The translations under genes were made by a program, and so were the position numbers. A stretch of DNA of 64,000 nt from Spirochaetia bacterium (GTDB lineage: Bacteria; Spirochaetota; Spirochaetia; DSM-2461): positions 5,408,001 through 5,472,000 of the forward strand of contig OY764216.1 of NCBI GenBank assembly GCA_963668315.1, given 5' to 3'. Shown here piece by piece: positions 38,464 through 48,244 of this stretch; position 1 is the stretch's first letter; each line of letters starts with the position of its first letter. The notes under the pieces are model-generated. The model searched no databases. It was not told the DNA's origin and saw only the letters and a list, made by a program, of their open reading frames with translations.

Positions 38464-40059
38464 ATGACAACGCAACGCCAGCTCCTGCCCATCACGCTCG
38501 CCGCTATCCTTGTGGTCGCAACGCTGGTTCCCGCCCGGGCCCAATCGGGCCGGACGCTCAATAACTTCCTTGCCCCCCAAACCAAGGCGGAGAACTCGAA
38601 CGAGAGTCCTGCGGCCGAGGACGCCGCTCATCCGGCCTTCTTCGTCAACCTGGACGTAGATCGGGACGATCGCCTCTACGAGGAGGGAGAGCTGATTCGG
38701 GCCACGGTCAAGTCGGAACGAGCCGGTTACCTGTACGTCTTCGTCGTCTCCGGCGACGGCACGGCCCTTTGCCTGTTTCCGAACAACTACGACCGCAACA
38801 ACCGGATTCCGGCCAACCGGGAGATCGTGGTTCCCAGCCCCGAGGCGCCTTTCAAACTGAGGGTTACGGCTCCGTTCGGAGAGGAGGGCCTTGTGGCGAT
38901 GGTGTCGGAGGAGGAGATCAAGCCCGAGTTGCTGGGGGCCAAGTCGCTCACGGAGAAGCCTGCGACGGAGGTTTCATGGTCGAAGGCGATTGAAGTGGTA
39001 CCCAAGTACGACTGTGCGGATGACATGGTGGTCATTCGGACGGTGAAGTCGCGGGCAGAGGCACGTCCGGCGGGCGAGGGTGCTCGCCCTGGGGCCGCCG
39101 AGCGAGAAGAGGGCCGGGCCGAAGCCACCGGGACGTCGTCCGTACGCCGGGTCGGCCTCTTTGTGGGAATAACCAAGCATCTGCACATAACCGACAACGA
39201 CATGCCTTCCATTTCGCACAGCGTTGACCTCGTAGCGGCCGCCATGCATGACTTCGGTCACCTGGACGAGATCATCCTCGTGCGAGATGACAAGGCTTCT
39301 CACGACGGGATTGAAGCCGCCTTCGCGAAACTCGTCAAAATGACCAATCCGGGCGATGAGGTCTTCATCTACTGGGTCGGTCACGGATGCGCCTATGACT
39401 TTGCGGACGGCCGCCATGAGAATCTCCTGTGCGTCTACGATTCGGACGTTGTCGCCGATGAAAACGATCACCCCTGCCCCACAAACTACGTGCTTGAGAC
39501 AGAGTTCACCAAGTGGGTTCGAAACCTGGAGAAACGCCGCATTGCCATCGTTGTGGATTCGTGTCATTCCGGGGGGCTGCTGGATGCTGAACCGACGGAC
39601 ACGGTTCGGTGGGCGGAGTCACTGGAGCGTTCGGGCAACGAGTCGCTCACGAGCGTGATGTCGGGCGTCAAGGTCGGCGACATGACGAAAACGCTCACCG
39701 ATCTTCGCGACAAGACCCAAACGCCCGACGACGACGGACCGCTCTTCCTGATCGATGCCCTGCGGCGACTCAAGGGAATCGGCGAAGGGGACGCGGCCGT
39801 GATCCTGTCTTCCGCCGAGGATCAAGCATCATTCGGCGGGCTCTTGTTTAATGGAAAAGAGTACGGTCTGGCATCGTTCTGCTTCGCGGCAGCGATTATC
39901 GACGCCCCCTTGCTCTACGCCGGAACCGACCGACAACTCACATTTGCCGAAGCCTGGCTGTTCATGAAGACCCATGTCACCGCGATCAGCCTGGAATTAG
40001 AGCGGTACCAAACCCCGGTCTATTACAACCCGATCGGTGAGATCATTGTGAGGCCTTGA
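38464..40059 (+). CDS. Secreted DUF4384-like + caspase (C14) protein
   Basis: Signal peptide (ARA|Q); DR..RLY.EGE...GYLYVF...LFPN.YD.NNRI; YWVGHG and VDSCHSG. Confidence 0.85.
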   Translation: MTTQRQLLPITLAAILVVATLVPARAQSGRTLNNFLAPQTKAENSNESPAAEDAAHPAFFVNLDVDRDDRLYEEGELIRATVKSERAGYLYVFVVSGDGTALCLFPNNYDRNNRIPANREIVVPSPEAPFKLRVTAPFGEEGLVAMVSEEEIKPELLGAKSLTEKPATEVSWSKAIEVVPKYDCADDMVVIRTVKSRAEARPAGEGARPGAAEREEGRAEATGTSSVRRVGLFVGITKHLHITDNDMPSISHSVDLVAAAMHDFGHLDEIILVRDDKASHDGIEAAFAKLVKMTNPGDEVFIYWVGHGCAYDFADGRHENLLCVYDSDVVADENDHPCPTNYVLETEFTKWVRNLEKRRIAIVVDSCHSGGLLDAEPTDTVRWAESLERSGNESLTSVMSGVKVGDMTKTLTDLRDKTQTPDDDGPLFLIDALRRLKGIGEGDAAVILSSAEDQASFGGLLFNGKEYGLASFCFAAAIIDAPLLYAGTDRQLTFAEAWLFMKTHVTAISLELERYQTPVYYNPIGEIIVRP

Positions 40060-40134
40060 AGAAGGGCAGGGAGCCGCCCTGCTGAATAAAACGGTGGTCT
40101 GCCAGCGATTCGGTGAGCTAACAGGAGGGGACCG

Positions 40135-43100
40135 ATGAGTTGCCGATTTTTGATGAACGTGATATTGGCCCTGGTGCTGGCCGTGTTCGCCGATCCGGGC
40201 CGAGCCCTCGGTGACGATTTAGACGACTTTCTCCGCCTGTCGGAGGAGTGCAAGAAGCAGTCGGATGCGGGCGAGTTTGATCGCGCGGAGAAGACAGCGC
40301 TTGCACTCCAGCGGCTGGCTGACGGGGCGTTGGCAGAACTCCCGCTTGCCAGGCTGGGGGCGGCTCGCACGCTGGGGACGATCTACTTCCGCCAAAGACG
40401 CTACGACGAAGCGGAACCGGTTCTGAAGCGAGCCTTGGCGATCAGCAAGGAGGCCTTCGGGAACGACGAGATGGCGGTGGGGGCGTGCCTCAACAGTCTG
40501 GCTCTCGTGTACCACAGCCAGGGACGGTACGACGACGCGAAGCCGCTCTACGAGCAGTCGCTGGCGATTGCCGAGAAGCAGCTAGGAAAGACTCATCCGA
40601 GTGTCGCGGCTGCACTCGGGAGCCTGGCGGAACTACACAGCGAGCAAGGTCGCCTCTCCGACGCGGAGCCGATGCTCGAGCGAGCCCTGGCGATCAACGA
40701 GCAGACTCTCGGCAAGGATCATCCGCAGACCGCCCTCTCTCTCCACAACCTGGCGAAGCTGCACGAAAAGCAGGGACACTTCGCCGAGGCGGAACCACTC
40801 CACCGGCGCGCCTTGTCGATCCTGGAGAAAGCTCTTGGGGAGGATCATCCCTACCTGGCGACGAGCTTGACCAGCCTGGCGAATATGTACTGCGCCCAAC
40901 AGCGGTTCACCGAGGCGGAGCCTCTGTTGAAGCGAGCCCTGACGATATCGGAGGCGGCCTTCGGACGTGACAACCCGGGGGTGGCCTCCGCCCTCAACAG
41001 CCTGGCCCTGCTGTATCAGAGTCAGGGCCGGTACGACGAAGCCAAGGCTTTCCACGAGCGGGCACTGGCCATCGCCAAGAAGACATTCGACGAGAACCAT
41101 CCGAATGTGGCCACGAGCCTCGACAGTCTGGCAGGCCTCTATCACAAGCAACGCCGCTATTCCGAGGCGGAGCCGCTCTACAAGCAGGCCCTGGCGATTC
41201 GCGAGAAGGCCTTTGGCCCCGACCATTCTGACGTGGGCCGGAGCCTCGACAACCTGGCCAGCTTGTACGCGGACCTGGGACGATATGCCGAAGCGCAGCC
41301 GCTTTACGAACGGGCCCTGGCGATCAAGGAAGAAGCTCTGGGCGCGGACCATCCCAGCGTGGCGACCAGCCTGAACAACCTGGCACTGCTGCTGGCGGAA
41401 CGGGCCAACTACGCCGAAGCGGAGCAACTCTTCGATCGATCCATAGCGATCCAGGAGAAGTGCTATGGCAGTGACGGGCTCGGCGTGCTGACCACCTTGA
41501 ACAACCGGGCCACACTGTGTGTCGATCAGGGACGCTATGCCGAGGCGGAGGGGCTTTATCGACGTGCACTGGCCATTGTGGAAGAAAACGTCACGAACGA
41601 TCATCCTGCCGTGGTGTCGTGCCTCAACTATCTGGCGGTCTTGTACCGGCTCCAGGGCCGCTCCTCTGAGGCGAAGGAGCTTTTCCTGCGAGCGCTCGCG
41701 ATCCAGAAGAAGTTGTTCGGGGAGGACAGTTGTGAATCTGCGGAAACACTCGGCAACTTGGCGGGCTTGTATTCGAAACAAGGCCGGTACGCGGAGGCGG
41801 AGCCGCTGTTCCTGCGCGCCATCGCCATTCAGGAGAAGTTCCTCGGCAAGGAACACATTCAATTGGCGATGAACCTCGAGAATCTGGCATTGCTGTATTA
41901 CAATCAAGGCCGTTTTGAGGACGCCGTACTGCTGGTGAAGAGGTCGCTGGCCATCCGCGAGAAGCTGTTTGACGGTACGCACCCCAGCGTGGCCGACAGT
42001 CTCGGCAGTATGGCCGTGCTTCTCAGCACCGTGAATGCCGACACCGAGGCGGAGCGTCTTTATCAGCGATCCCTGGAATTGCACGAAAGCGTTTTGGGAC
42101 CATCGCATCCGCGCGTGGCGGAAGGGCTGGTCAATCTGGCCGGTCTGTATGTGAAGCAGGAACGTTTCGCGGAGGCGGAACCGCTGCTCCGTCGATCGCT
42201 CAAGCTCTGGGAAGAGTCGTTTGGACCAGAACATCCGAACGTAGCTCAGTCGCTCATCTCGCTTGTCGATCTGCATTTGAAGCAGGGACGCGGCCGTGAC
42301 GCGGAACCGCTCGCCGATCGCGCCGTTGCGATCACAAACCGCGAGGGAATTGCCGAAGGGGAACGCGCGGCCAGCTATGCCCGCCGCGCAGAAGCACGTT
42401 GGGCTCTTGAGAAACGGGAAGACGCTGTGGCGGACCTCCGCGAAGCAATGCGTCTGGCCACCCGGATACGCAGGCAAGCGTCGGGGATCGAGCAGCAGCG
42501 GTCCGGCGCGTTTGCGATGCACCTTCATCTGTTTGAGCGGATGGTCTTCTGGCAAACCGAGTTGCACGATTTTGACAAGGCTTTGGAGGCGATGGAGCAA
42601 TCCCGTGCCCAAGGTCTGCAGGACCTGATGCGGGCAAACGGGGTCGATATGCTCGAAGGCCTTCCCGAGGAGACTGCATCGCGTCTGAACAAGGCGGAAG
42701 GCCTGGCTCAAGCGGATGTCGTCTCCTTGCAGAAGCGATTCAAAACGCTGCAAGATCGAACGGACATGGAATCGGATGAAAAGGCCGAAGAAGGCAAGCG
42801 GCTTCTGGAGGAGCTTGCCGCGGCCCGGGAACGGCTGGTTCAGGCCTGGTCGAATATCAAGAACGCCAGCCCCGCTTATCGGCTCCTGCTCGCTGAGGAC
42901 CGACAGCCCGTGCGGATCGAAACCATGGGCAAGGAGTTGGCCGAATCGGACACGCTTGCCCTGCAATATCTGCTCGGTTCGGAGCACGGATTTCTGCTTG
43001 CCTACGGCGGCGGAATCGAACCGATCCTCGTGGAACTGAAACTCAACGACACGCAGGCCTCACTTCTGAACAGCGAAGCGGGACCGCTCACCGCGATTCG

Positions 43101-44175
43101 CGCCCGGGAGATTCTCTTCGGCCAACGCGATCGTGACGGCTTGTTGCACGGATTGACGAGTCACGAGGCCATCGGCGAGGACGCCGGCCCGGATTCAGGC
43201 ACGGTCGACCAATTGAATGTCCTCTGGACCGTCCTGATCCCCGACGAGCGGCTTCGCGAGCAACTCGTCGACGGCGAGACCTTTCGCAGGCTCCTGATCA
43301 TTCCCGACGGCGCACTTGCCCGATTGCCCTTTGAGACGCTTGTCGTCGATGGTCATCGCGTCGATCCCACCTACCTCCTGGACGCCGGTCCGCCGACCAT
43401 GTACGCTCCTTCGGCCACCGTGTTTCACAACCTCAAGCATCGAGAGGTCTCTGCTTCCAAGGGCGAGACGCTGACTGTCGGCGATCCGAGCTACGGTTCG
43501 ACGGACGAGTCCGGGGATCGCGGAACGGTTCCGGGGGAACTTGAAATTGCCAGCCGCTTCGCCCAGCTTGGACGGCTTGCGGATTTGCCTTGGACCGGTG
43601 ACGAGAGCTGCTGGATCAAGGAATCCTGCGAGGACAAGCATGTGCCGGTGGTCCAGTTCACGAAAGAGAAGGCGACCGAGGAGAACGTTCGCAACAGCAT
43701 TCGAGGCCGGTCGCTGGTCCATTTCGCCTGCCATGGGCTGGCGGACGACGAGTGTGGGAACCTGTTCGGGGCCCTGGCCTTTACACCGGTCGATGCGGGC
43801 AATCCGTCGAACGACGGCTTTCTGACCGTAGCCGAGATGTTCGATCTGGACCTGCACGCCTGCGAGTTGGCGATCCTGAGCGCCTGCGATACGAACATCG
43901 GTCCCAATCAGCGTGGGGAAGGCACGTGGTCGATGTGCCGGGGAATGTTGACATCGGGCGCCCGGCGTGTCGTCACCACCGACTGGCAGGTGGCCGACGA
44001 GGCTTCGGCTCACCTGGTGTATGCATTCGTCTATTACCTTCACGAGTGTGAGTCGGGCGAGCCGGACTACACCGAGTGCCTGCGGGATGCCCGGCTTTCG
44101 ATTCGGAACCATGATAATCGGCAATGGCGGCACCCGTATTTCTGGGCGCCGTTTGTGTTGATGGGACCGGAGTAG
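40135..44175 (+). CDS. Secreted TPR-CHAT protease, copy 1
   Basis: Signal peptide; many 42-aa TPRs (G.DHP.VA.SLNNLA); PDG.L..LPFE, HFACHG, LSACDT and HPYFWAPF. Confidence 0.93.
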   Translation: MSCRFLMNVILALVLAVFADPGRALGDDLDDFLRLSEECKKQSDAGEFDRAEKTALALQRLADGALAELPLARLGAARTLGTIYFRQRRYDEAEPVLKRALAISKEAFGNDEMAVGACLNSLALVYHSQGRYDDAKPLYEQSLAIAEKQLGKTHPSVAAALGSLAELHSEQGRLSDAEPMLERALAINEQTLGKDHPQTALSLHNLAKLHEKQGHFAEAEPLHRRALSILEKALGEDHPYLATSLTSLANMYCAQQRFTEAEPLLKRALTISEAAFGRDNPGVASALNSLALLYQSQGRYDEAKAFHERALAIAKKTFDENHPNVATSLDSLAGLYHKQRRYSEAEPLYKQALAIREKAFGPDHSDVGRSLDNLASLYADLGRYAEAQPLYERALAIKEEALGADHPSVATSLNNLALLLAERANYAEAEQLFDRSIAIQEKCYGSDGLGVLTTLNNRATLCVDQGRYAEAEGLYRRALAIVEENVTNDHPAVVSCLNYLAVLYRLQGRSSEAKELFLRALAIQKKLFGEDSCESAETLGNLAGLYSKQGRYAEAEPLFLRAIAIQEKFLGKEHIQLAMNLENLALLYYNQGRFEDAVLLVKRSLAIREKLFDGTHPSVADSLGSMAVLLSTVNADTEAERLYQRSLELHESVLGPSHPRVAEGLVNLAGLYVKQERFAEAEPLLRRSLKLWEESFGPEHPNVAQSLISLVDLHLKQGRGRDAEPLADRAVAITNREGIAEGERAASYARRAEARWALEKREDAVADLREAMRLATRIRRQASGIEQQRSGAFAMHLHLFERMVFWQTELHDFDKALEAMEQSRAQGLQDLMRANGVDMLEGLPEETASRLNKAEGLAQADVVSLQKRFKTLQDRTDMESDEKAEEGKRLLEELAAARERLVQAWSNIKNASPAYRLLLAEDRQPVRIETMGKELAESDTLALQYLLGSEHGFLLAYGGGIEPILVELKLNDTQASLLNSEAGPLTAIRAREILFGQRDRDGLLHGLTSHEAIGEDAGPDSGTVDQLNVLWTVLIPDERLREQLVDGETFRRLLIIPDGALARLPFETLVVDGHRVDPTYLLDAGPPTMYAPSATVFHNLKHREVSASKGETLTVGDPSYGSTDESGDRGTVPGELEIASRFAQLGRLADLPWTGDESCWIKESCEDKHVPVVQFTKEKATEENVRNSIRGRSLVHFACHGLADDECGNLFGALAFTPVDAGNPSNDGFLTVAEMFDLDLHACELAILSACDTNIGPNQRGEGTWSMCRGMLTSGARRVVTTDWQVADEASAHLVYAFVYYLHECESGEPDYTECLRDARLSIRNHDNRQWRHPYFWAPFVLMGPE

Positions 44176-44216
44176 GCTCTGCTCTGGCATTTATACATTA
44201 CCGGAGGGATGCTACG

Positions 44217-47200
44217 GTGAAAGCGATTTGCGTTGGCACTGCCTTACAAGTGATCGTGTTCTTGAACTTCGTTTCGCCGCTCGCGGGAGCCGAGTGGGAG
44301 ACGTTGAACGAACAGGCGTTGGAGCTGCGTGCGAAGGGCAAGTACGCGAAGGGCCTCGACGTGGCTGACAAGGCTGTCAAGAGTGCGAGAAGAGCATTCG
44401 GCGGCGATAGTCCGGAATACGCGATTTCTGTGAACACGCTTGCCATGCTCCACCTCTCCCAGAAACAGTACGCGCAAGCAGAGAGGCTTTTCAAGGATTG
44501 TCTTTCAGTCTTGGAGAACAGTCTAGGCAGGAGCCACCCGGAGCGAATGAACGTTCTGGTGAATCTGGCAGGTTCCTACGTCGAGCAGCGTCGCTATGAT
44601 GAAGCGGAACCGCTCTACCGGGAGGCGATCGACACATGCATACGGAACAAGCATCCGTTCGCGGAGCAAGCCACATTAGGGCTCGCGTGGCTGCGATTCG
44701 TACGAGGTCAATACGATGAGGCCATACGCGAGTACGAACGGGCCAAAGGCCTTCGTTCGGCTCGGCTTGGACCAGATCATTCTGACGTCAAGGCGATCGA
44801 AATGTCCATTGCGGGAGTGCGTGACAAGGCGAAGAACGCAGAGAAGATGTCGGGTGGAATTGCGGCATACAAACGTTTGGAACGTGAGTATATGCAGTAT
44901 CGTGACCGAGGAGAGTTTGAGAAAGCGCTTGATGTTGCCGCAAAGGTGCAGAAGCTGGCCGAGAACGACTTGAAGAGTCAGCCCGCCTATTTCGGCACTG
45001 CGCTTATGATGCGAGCGATGGCAAACGGTGCTCTTCGTCGTCAGGGAGATGCCTTGAAGCTGTACGAAGAGGCCCAGCCGATTCTGGAAGAATCGCTCGG
45101 ACCGGACCACGGCTACGTCTTGACTTGTGTTGACGCCCGTCTTTCTTACTACATACAGCACGGTCGCGAGGCCGACGCTGTGTCGCTGTGCGATAGGGTG
45201 GTGTCGTTGATTGAGGACGCCTACGGACCAGATGATCAACGATTGGGAAGCCTCCTCTGCCGTCTGGCAGGTCTACACATCCAACAGGATCGGCTTGCCC
45301 AGGCCGAAGAGGTTTACGGGCGTGTGGTGAATCTCTTCGACGAACTGTCTCCAGAAGACCCGCTCATCGTGGCTTCCGCGTTGCGCGGCCTTGCAAGCGT
45401 TGCCAGGCGTCAGTGGCATTTTGATGATGCGGAAGCCCACTTGCGGCGTGCGTCCAGGTTACTGGCCGAGGCGGTTCCCGAACCCAAATGGGATATCGCG
45501 GCCAACACGGAGTCTTTGGGAGCGCTTTTCGCGGAACAAGGGCGTTACACCGAGGCTGACGATTGCTACCAACAGGCCCTGGCGATCATCGAGGAGGTCA
45601 ACGGGCCGGACGACATCCTCATGGCCCCGCCACTTGCCAGGCTTGCAGATACGAACATCCTTCGCGGCCGATATGGGAAAGCTGAGAGCTTCTGCCAGCA
45701 GGCTCTCGCAATCAACCTCAAGGTGCTCGGGCCCAAACATGCAAATACAGCCAAGTGTGTTGGAACATTGGCACAAATTTACGCAGATCAGGGTCTGTAT
45801 GCAGATGCGGAATCGCTCTATCGGCGTTGTCTGCCGGTATTGCAGGCGGAACTGGGACCGCGCCATGCCGACGTGATATCGGCACAAGTGAATCTTACGC
45901 TGCTTTATTGGGCGCAAGGAAGACACGAAAAGGCAGAGGAGATGTTGGGGGAACTACGCGATGTGCCCGACACTTTCGAGACGCATACCGGGTTAATTCA
46001 CGCCATGAGCCTTGTGTCTTCGAGCCAAGGACGCTATGCCGAAGGCACCAAGCACGCGCAGCAGGCACTCACCATGTGCCGAGAGGCGCTGCCACGCGAA
46101 CACCCGCGCGTGGCAACAAACCTTCAGACCTTGGGTATGATCCTTCAGCGTCAGGGGCGATATGTCGAAGCTGAACGGTTTGTACGCGAAGCTCTGGAAA
46201 TCCAAGAGGGTGTCTTTGGGAGGGGCAACCATATGATTGCCGCAGAACTCGTAAACCTGTCGCTCGTTCTCACTGGTTTGCAGCGTTACGACGAGGCGGA
46301 ATCGCTGTTGGATCGCGCCGTGAGATTCGTCGATGAAAGTGACTCTATGAGCGCCGATGTCGCGGCCTACGTGCTCAAGAGTCGTGCGCACTTGTACTGG
46401 AAGACGGGACGACAAAAGAAGGCAGTCACTGATCTGCGGCGAGGTATTCAGTTCATCTTCCAGATGCGAGGACAGGCATCGGGATCAGAACAGGAGCGTG
46501 CGACGACTTTCTCAAGATCGGCTAGTGCATTTGAGACGATGCTTTCATGGCAAACTCAGCTTCAAAACCTGCCGGAAGCGTTTGCAGCGATTGAGGGTTT
46601 CCGCGCACAAGGCCTCCAGGACTTGATGCAATCCAACGGCACGGACCTCCTCGAAGGTCTGCCCGACGAGACGGCGGCGAGTCTGCGCCTGGCCGAACTG
46701 GATGCGCAGGCCGAGGTGGCATCGCTGCAGAAGCAACTCGAAGTCCTGCAAATCCGCGCCGACATGGACTCTGAAGACAAGGTGCGGGAAGGAAAGCGGC
46801 TGATTGAGGCTCTTGGGGAGGCGCGCCAGGGTCTCGTGCAGGCCTGGGCGGATATCAAGAACGCCAGCCCCGCCTACCGGATGGTCGTGACGGAGGATCG
46901 AGAACCGGTGCGGTTCGAGGCGTTCCAGCAGGAACTTGGAAACTCCGATACGGTTGCACTGCAATACTTGCTCGGTGGAGAAAACGGTTTTCTGCTTGCC
47001 TACGGCGGCGGAATCGAACCGGCACTGATCACGTTGGAGATCACTGACACTCAGTCCGAGGTGTACGGCTGCGATGCCGGGCCGCTGACGGCTGCTCGCT
47101 TTCGGCAGGTTCTTCTGGGCAGCAAGGATCGGCCGGGACTTCTCCGTGACTTGACGAACTTTGGGGAGGTGAGTGATGAAGGTGTGCCGTCGAAGGATGC

Positions 47201-48173
47201 CCTTGACGCGTTAAGAACGATGTGGGCTGTTCTCGTGCCCGATGAGACGCTGCGTGAGAAGCTCGTGGATGGTAAGAGCCTCAAACGCCTGTTGATTCTT
47301 CCGGACGGCGTCCTTGCCCGATTGCCTTTCGAAGCCCTGGTCGTGAACGACGATCCGCAAGCTCCGGAGTATCTTCTCGACAACGGTCCGCCGACCATGT
47401 ACGCTCCTTCGGCCACCGTGTTTCACAACCTCAAGCATCGAGAGGTGTCTGATTCCAAGGGCGAGACGCTGACCGTGGGCGATCCGAGCTACGGTTCGAC
47501 GGACGAGTCCGGGGATCGTGGAACGGTTCTGGAGGAACTTCAGATTGCCAGTCGCTTCGCCCATCTTGGACGGCTTGCCGACCTGCCTTGGACCGGTGAC
47601 GAGAGCTGCTGGATCAAGGAATCCTGCGAGGACAAGCATCTGCCGGTGGTCCAGTTGACAAAAGAGAAGGCGACCGAGGAGAACGTTCGCAATAACGTTC
47701 GAGGCCGTTCGCTGGTTCACTTCGCCTGCCATGGTCTGGCGGACAACGAGTATGGGAACCTGTTCGGGGCCCTGGCCTTGGCGCCGGTCGATGCAGGTGA
47801 TCCGTCGAACGACGGCTTCCTGACCGTGGCCGAGATGTTCGATCTGGACCTGCACGCCTGCGAGCTGGCGATCCTGAGCGCCTGCGACACGAACATCGGC
47901 CCCAATCAGCGTGGGGAAGGCACATGGTCGATGTGCCGCGGCATGCTCACATCGGGAGCCCGGCGTGTGGTCACCACCGACTGGCAGGTGGCCGACGAGG
48001 CTTCGGCTCACCTGGTGTATGCATTTGTCTATTACCTGCACGACTCCGAATCGGACGGACGTGACTACGCCGAATGTCTGCGTAACGCCCGGCTTTCGAT
48101 TCGGAACCACGACACTCGCCAGTGGCGGCACCCGTATTTCTGGGCGCCGTTTGTGTTGATGGGACCGGAGTAG
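44217..48173 (+). CDS. Secreted TPR-CHAT protease, copy 2
   Basis: GTG start after GGAGG; signal peptide (AGA|E); TPR array; HFACHG/LSACDT dyad. Confidence 0.92.
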   Translation: MKAICVGTALQVIVFLNFVSPLAGAEWETLNEQALELRAKGKYAKGLDVADKAVKSARRAFGGDSPEYAISVNTLAMLHLSQKQYAQAERLFKDCLSVLENSLGRSHPERMNVLVNLAGSYVEQRRYDEAEPLYREAIDTCIRNKHPFAEQATLGLAWLRFVRGQYDEAIREYERAKGLRSARLGPDHSDVKAIEMSIAGVRDKAKNAEKMSGGIAAYKRLEREYMQYRDRGEFEKALDVAAKVQKLAENDLKSQPAYFGTALMMRAMANGALRRQGDALKLYEEAQPILEESLGPDHGYVLTCVDARLSYYIQHGREADAVSLCDRVVSLIEDAYGPDDQRLGSLLCRLAGLHIQQDRLAQAEEVYGRVVNLFDELSPEDPLIVASALRGLASVARRQWHFDDAEAHLRRASRLLAEAVPEPKWDIAANTESLGALFAEQGRYTEADDCYQQALAIIEEVNGPDDILMAPPLARLADTNILRGRYGKAESFCQQALAINLKVLGPKHANTAKCVGTLAQIYADQGLYADAESLYRRCLPVLQAELGPRHADVISAQVNLTLLYWAQGRHEKAEEMLGELRDVPDTFETHTGLIHAMSLVSSSQGRYAEGTKHAQQALTMCREALPREHPRVATNLQTLGMILQRQGRYVEAERFVREALEIQEGVFGRGNHMIAAELVNLSLVLTGLQRYDEAESLLDRAVRFVDESDSMSADVAAYVLKSRAHLYWKTGRQKKAVTDLRRGIQFIFQMRGQASGSEQERATTFSRSASAFETMLSWQTQLQNLPEAFAAIEGFRAQGLQDLMQSNGTDLLEGLPDETAASLRLAELDAQAEVASLQKQLEVLQIRADMDSEDKVREGKRLIEALGEARQGLVQAWADIKNASPAYRMVVTEDREPVRFEAFQQELGNSDTVALQYLLGGENGFLLAYGGGIEPALITLEITDTQSEVYGCDAGPLTAARFRQVLLGSKDRPGLLRDLTNFGEVSDEGVPSKDALDALRTMWAVLVPDETLREKLVDGKSLKRLLILPDGVLARLPFEALVVNDDPQAPEYLLDNGPPTMYAPSATVFHNLKHREVSDSKGETLTVGDPSYGSTDESGDRGTVLEELQIASRFAHLGRLADLPWTGDESCWIKESCEDKHLPVVQLTKEKATEENVRNNVRGRSLVHFACHGLADNEYGNLFGALALAPVDAGDPSNDGFLTVAEMFDLDLHACELAILSACDTNIGPNQRGEGTWSMCRGMLTSGARRVVTTDWQVADEASAHLVYAFVYYLHDSESDGRDYAECLRNARLSIRNHDTRQWRHPYFWAPFVLMGPE
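46836..48173 (+). repeat. Near-identical ~1.34-kb CHAT-coding repeat; partner at 54645-55982, with partial matches in copies 1 and 3
   Basis: Both start GTGCAGGCCTGGGCGGATATCAAGAAC and end GGACCGGAGTAG, with the same 7,809-bp offset at both ends. Confidence 0.9.
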
Positions 48174-48244
48174 GGCTCCTGCCGCGACTATTGCGTTCCA
48201 GACCATTCGCTCACGGAAATCCGATAACAAGAAGGAAGGCCACA